From an uncultured candidate division Zixibacteria bacterium (GTDB lineage Bacteria; Zixibacteria; MSB-5A5; UBA10806; 4484-95): a stretch of DNA of 64,000 nucleotides. Positions 61,949 through 64,000 of this stretch are shown here, piece by piece (the stretch's first letter is position 1; every line of letters starts with the position of its first letter). The position numbers and the translations under genes were made by a program. The stretch covers positions 288,001 through 352,000 of the forward strand of contig CAXXKA010000010.1 of assembly GCA_963668625.2 (NCBI GenBank). Direction: 5' to 3'. Under the pieces are notes generated by a model. The model saw nothing but the letters and a program-made list of their open reading frames with translations, was not told the DNA's origin and did no database searches.

Positions 61949-64000
61949 TTGCGAGGAGCAAGTTTGAAATTTTGGGCGATAGTCACGCTCGGTTTAGCGA
62001 TGAGTTTATCGGCGTATGCCGCTGAACAAATCGACCTGAGCGGTTATCGAACACAGGTTCAGCTTCTGGACCAAAACCAGAGTGAAATGATAATGGAGGT
62101 GGAACTATCATCCCTTAACATAGTACCGGTTTCCACGCGGGCAGGTGAATTCGTTTTACTTACTGCAGATAAATACGGGTACTCGAATAAAATAGGGGAA
62201 CCGAATTTGCCGGTAGCGAGGAAAATAATTTCGGTGCCGTTCGGCTGCGAGCTCGATGTCTCGATCATCGGTTCCGATTTTCAAGAGATAGCATTAGCCG
62301 ATTACGGTATCTCCAACCCGATTATGCCGGTTCAGCCGCCGCTTTCCAAAAGCGATGATCCTGAGGATGTCGAGTTCGTTTACGATCGCGAGCTGTACGA
62401 AAAAAGCGGTTACTACGCGTTGCCTACGGCCGAGGGCTCGGTAATGGGTGTTATGCGTTCGGTGAATCTGGGGATGATCGAGATATCGCCGGTAGAGTAT
62501 GACCCTGTTAGTAACAAGATTAAAGTTTATTCCAATCTGAAAATTAAAGTCTCCTACAGTAATCCCGATTGGTTGACCACACGAGAAATGCAGGTTGAAA
62601 AGTACAGTCCCTCATACGAAGTTGTTTACAATCGTATATTCAACTATCAACAACCATCCTCTGCGATTCTGGATACTATCAGCTCCTACCCGATCAAGTA
62701 TCTCATAGTCTCGGACAGGATGTTCGAATCACAGCTTCAGGATTTTATCGATTGGAAGACGATGATGGGATATACGGTCATTGTCGGCTACACGGATGTC
62801 ATCGGTTCTACGACCAGCTCTATCAAAAGCTGGATACAGAACCAGTATAACAGCCCCGGCGATGGCCTGGAGCCGTCATTCGTGCTGCTAGTCGGAGATA
62901 CACCGGAGATACCTTCCTGGGATGGGGATGCCGGCTCGCATGTCACCGATATGAAATATGTCGATTTCACCGATGATGATTTTCCGGAGATTTTCATAGG
63001 CCGATTCTCGGCGCAGTCAACCGGTGAACTTCAGCCGCAAATAGATAAAACACTGGAATACGAGCAGTATCTCATGCCCGATCCAAGCTACCTTGCCGAG
63101 GTCACGCTTATTGTCGGTGTGGATGGCACCTACGCGCAGACTCATGGCAACGGTCAGATCAACTACGGTACGACTTATTATTTCAACGCCGCGCATGGCA
63201 TAATCGATCATACCTGGCTCTATCCCGCCTCGAATGAATCGGGAGCCTCGGCGGCTATCATCCAGACAGTCGATGACGGTGTTGGGTTTATAAACTACAC
63301 CGCGCATTGCGGCCATAGTGGTTTCAGCGATCCCTCGTTTACGGTCAGTGATATTAACGGCCTTACCAACGAGCACAAATATCTGCTAGGTATCGGCAAT
63401 TGCTGTCAATCCAATACTTTCGATGAGTCGACACCCTGTTTCGGCGAGGCCTGGCTTCAAGCGGAGGATAAAGGCGGCGTGGGTTATATCGGCGGTTCGA
63501 ATTCCACTACCTGGGATGAGGATTACTGGTGGGGAGTCGGCGCGGATGCTACGATCGATGCTAATCCGACCTATGAAGAAACCGGCTTAGGCGCCTATGA
63601 CGGTATATTTCACGATCATGGCGAGGCCGTATCCGATTATCATATTTACAATTCAGCCGTTATTTATTGCGCCAATATGGCGGTGGATGAAGGTGGCGGA
63701 CATAGCCAGTACTACTGGGAGATTTATCACCTGATGGGTGATCCCTCGTTGATCAATTATATGGGCGTACCCTCCGCCAACTCGGTATCCCACTCCTCGA
63801 CGGTTATACTGACTGCCTCATCGTTGCAGGTGAGCGCCGATCCCGGCTCGTATGTCGGTATCTCGATGAACGGCGATCTTCACGGAGCGGCTTATGTAGG
63901 TGCCTCCGGCACGGTAAACGTACCGCTAAGCTCGTTCAGCGGACCGGGTACCGCCGATATCGTGGTGACCGGACAAAACCGTCAGCCATATATATCGACT
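61949..64000 (+). CDS. C25 cysteine peptidase (Lys-gingipain Kgp-like) with propeptide; runs off the window
   Basis: TTG start after GGGAGG, signal peptide, GEPNLPV propeptide, FVLLVGD, IGRFSA, INYTAH (catalytic His), GNCC (catalytic Cys), WDEDYWW; absent from the ORF track because there is no stop in the window. Confidence 0.9.
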   Translation, partial: MRGASLKFWAIVTLGLAMSLSAYAAEQIDLSGYRTQVQLLDQNQSEMIMEVELSSLNIVPVSTRAGEFVLLTADKYGYSNKIGEPNLPVARKIISVPFGCELDVSIIGSDFQEIALADYGISNPIMPVQPPLSKSDDPEDVEFVYDRELYEKSGYYALPTAEGSVMGVMRSVNLGMIEISPVEYDPVSNKIKVYSNLKIKVSYSNPDWLTTREMQVEKYSPSYEVVYNRIFNYQQPSSAILDTISSYPIKYLIVSDRMFESQLQDFIDWKTMMGYTVIVGYTDVIGSTTSSIKSWIQNQYNSPGDGLEPSFVLLVGDTPEIPSWDGDAGSHVTDMKYVDFTDDDFPEIFIGRFSAQSTGELQPQIDKTLEYEQYLMPDPSYLAEVTLIVGVDGTYAQTHGNGQINYGTTYYFNAAHGIIDHTWLYPASNESGASAAIIQTVDDGVGFINYTAHCGHSGFSDPSFTVSDINGLTNEHKYLLGIGNCCQSNTFDESTPCFGEAWLQAEDKGGVGYIGGSNSTTWDEDYWWGVGADATIDANPTYEETGLGAYDGIFHDHGEAVSDYHIYNSAVIYCANMAVDEGGGHSQYYWEIYHLMGDPSLINYMGVPSANSVSHSSTVILTASSLQVSADPGSYVGISMNGDLHGAAYVGASGTVNVPLSSFSGPGTADIVVTGQNRQPYIST

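Noticed and set aside
62059-63376. minus-strand ORFs in the ORF track
   Set aside because: Antisense to the open C25 peptidase frame starting at 61949

Overview
Bacterial chromosomal window, most likely from an FCB-superphylum lineage such as Zixibacteria. This is inferred from several secreted proteins ending in a YPNPFN T9SS-A/FlgD-like sorting domain and from a gingipain-like C25 protease. Most of the window is housekeeping: thyX-nrdJ, pyrK-pyrD-pyrF-nupC, pyrE, gyrA, tRNA-Gln-prs-rplY, CIRCE-groES-groEL, znuABC, motAB and sugar-nucleotide enzymes. The intergenic DNA is rich in mobile repeats. There is one intact IS4-family element with 18-bp TIRs and a 9-bp TSD, and three MITEs with related ends and their own 9-bp TSDs that carry a nested REP doublet. 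There are also IS5/IS1182-like MITEs and several REP/REPIN families, including a 700-bp mosaic. The best candidates for undescribed systems are: (i) a Tat-signal TldD plus signal-less TldE/PmbA followed by znuABC, divergent from an M50-peptidase/HlyD fusion (probable non-AUG start) and two tandem GNATs, a possible extracytoplasmic peptide-processing/export locus; (ii) an AT-rich islet with a membrane-anchored Mrr-like nuclease, an unknown gene and a SMI1/KNR4 gene; (iii) a PorW/SprE-like TPR lipoprotein with a TonB-C-like tail, alongside orphan motAB and multiple CTD cargo proteins. A Kgp-like protease missing from the ORF track runs off the right edge. All calls are from motif recognition by eye; no searches were run.
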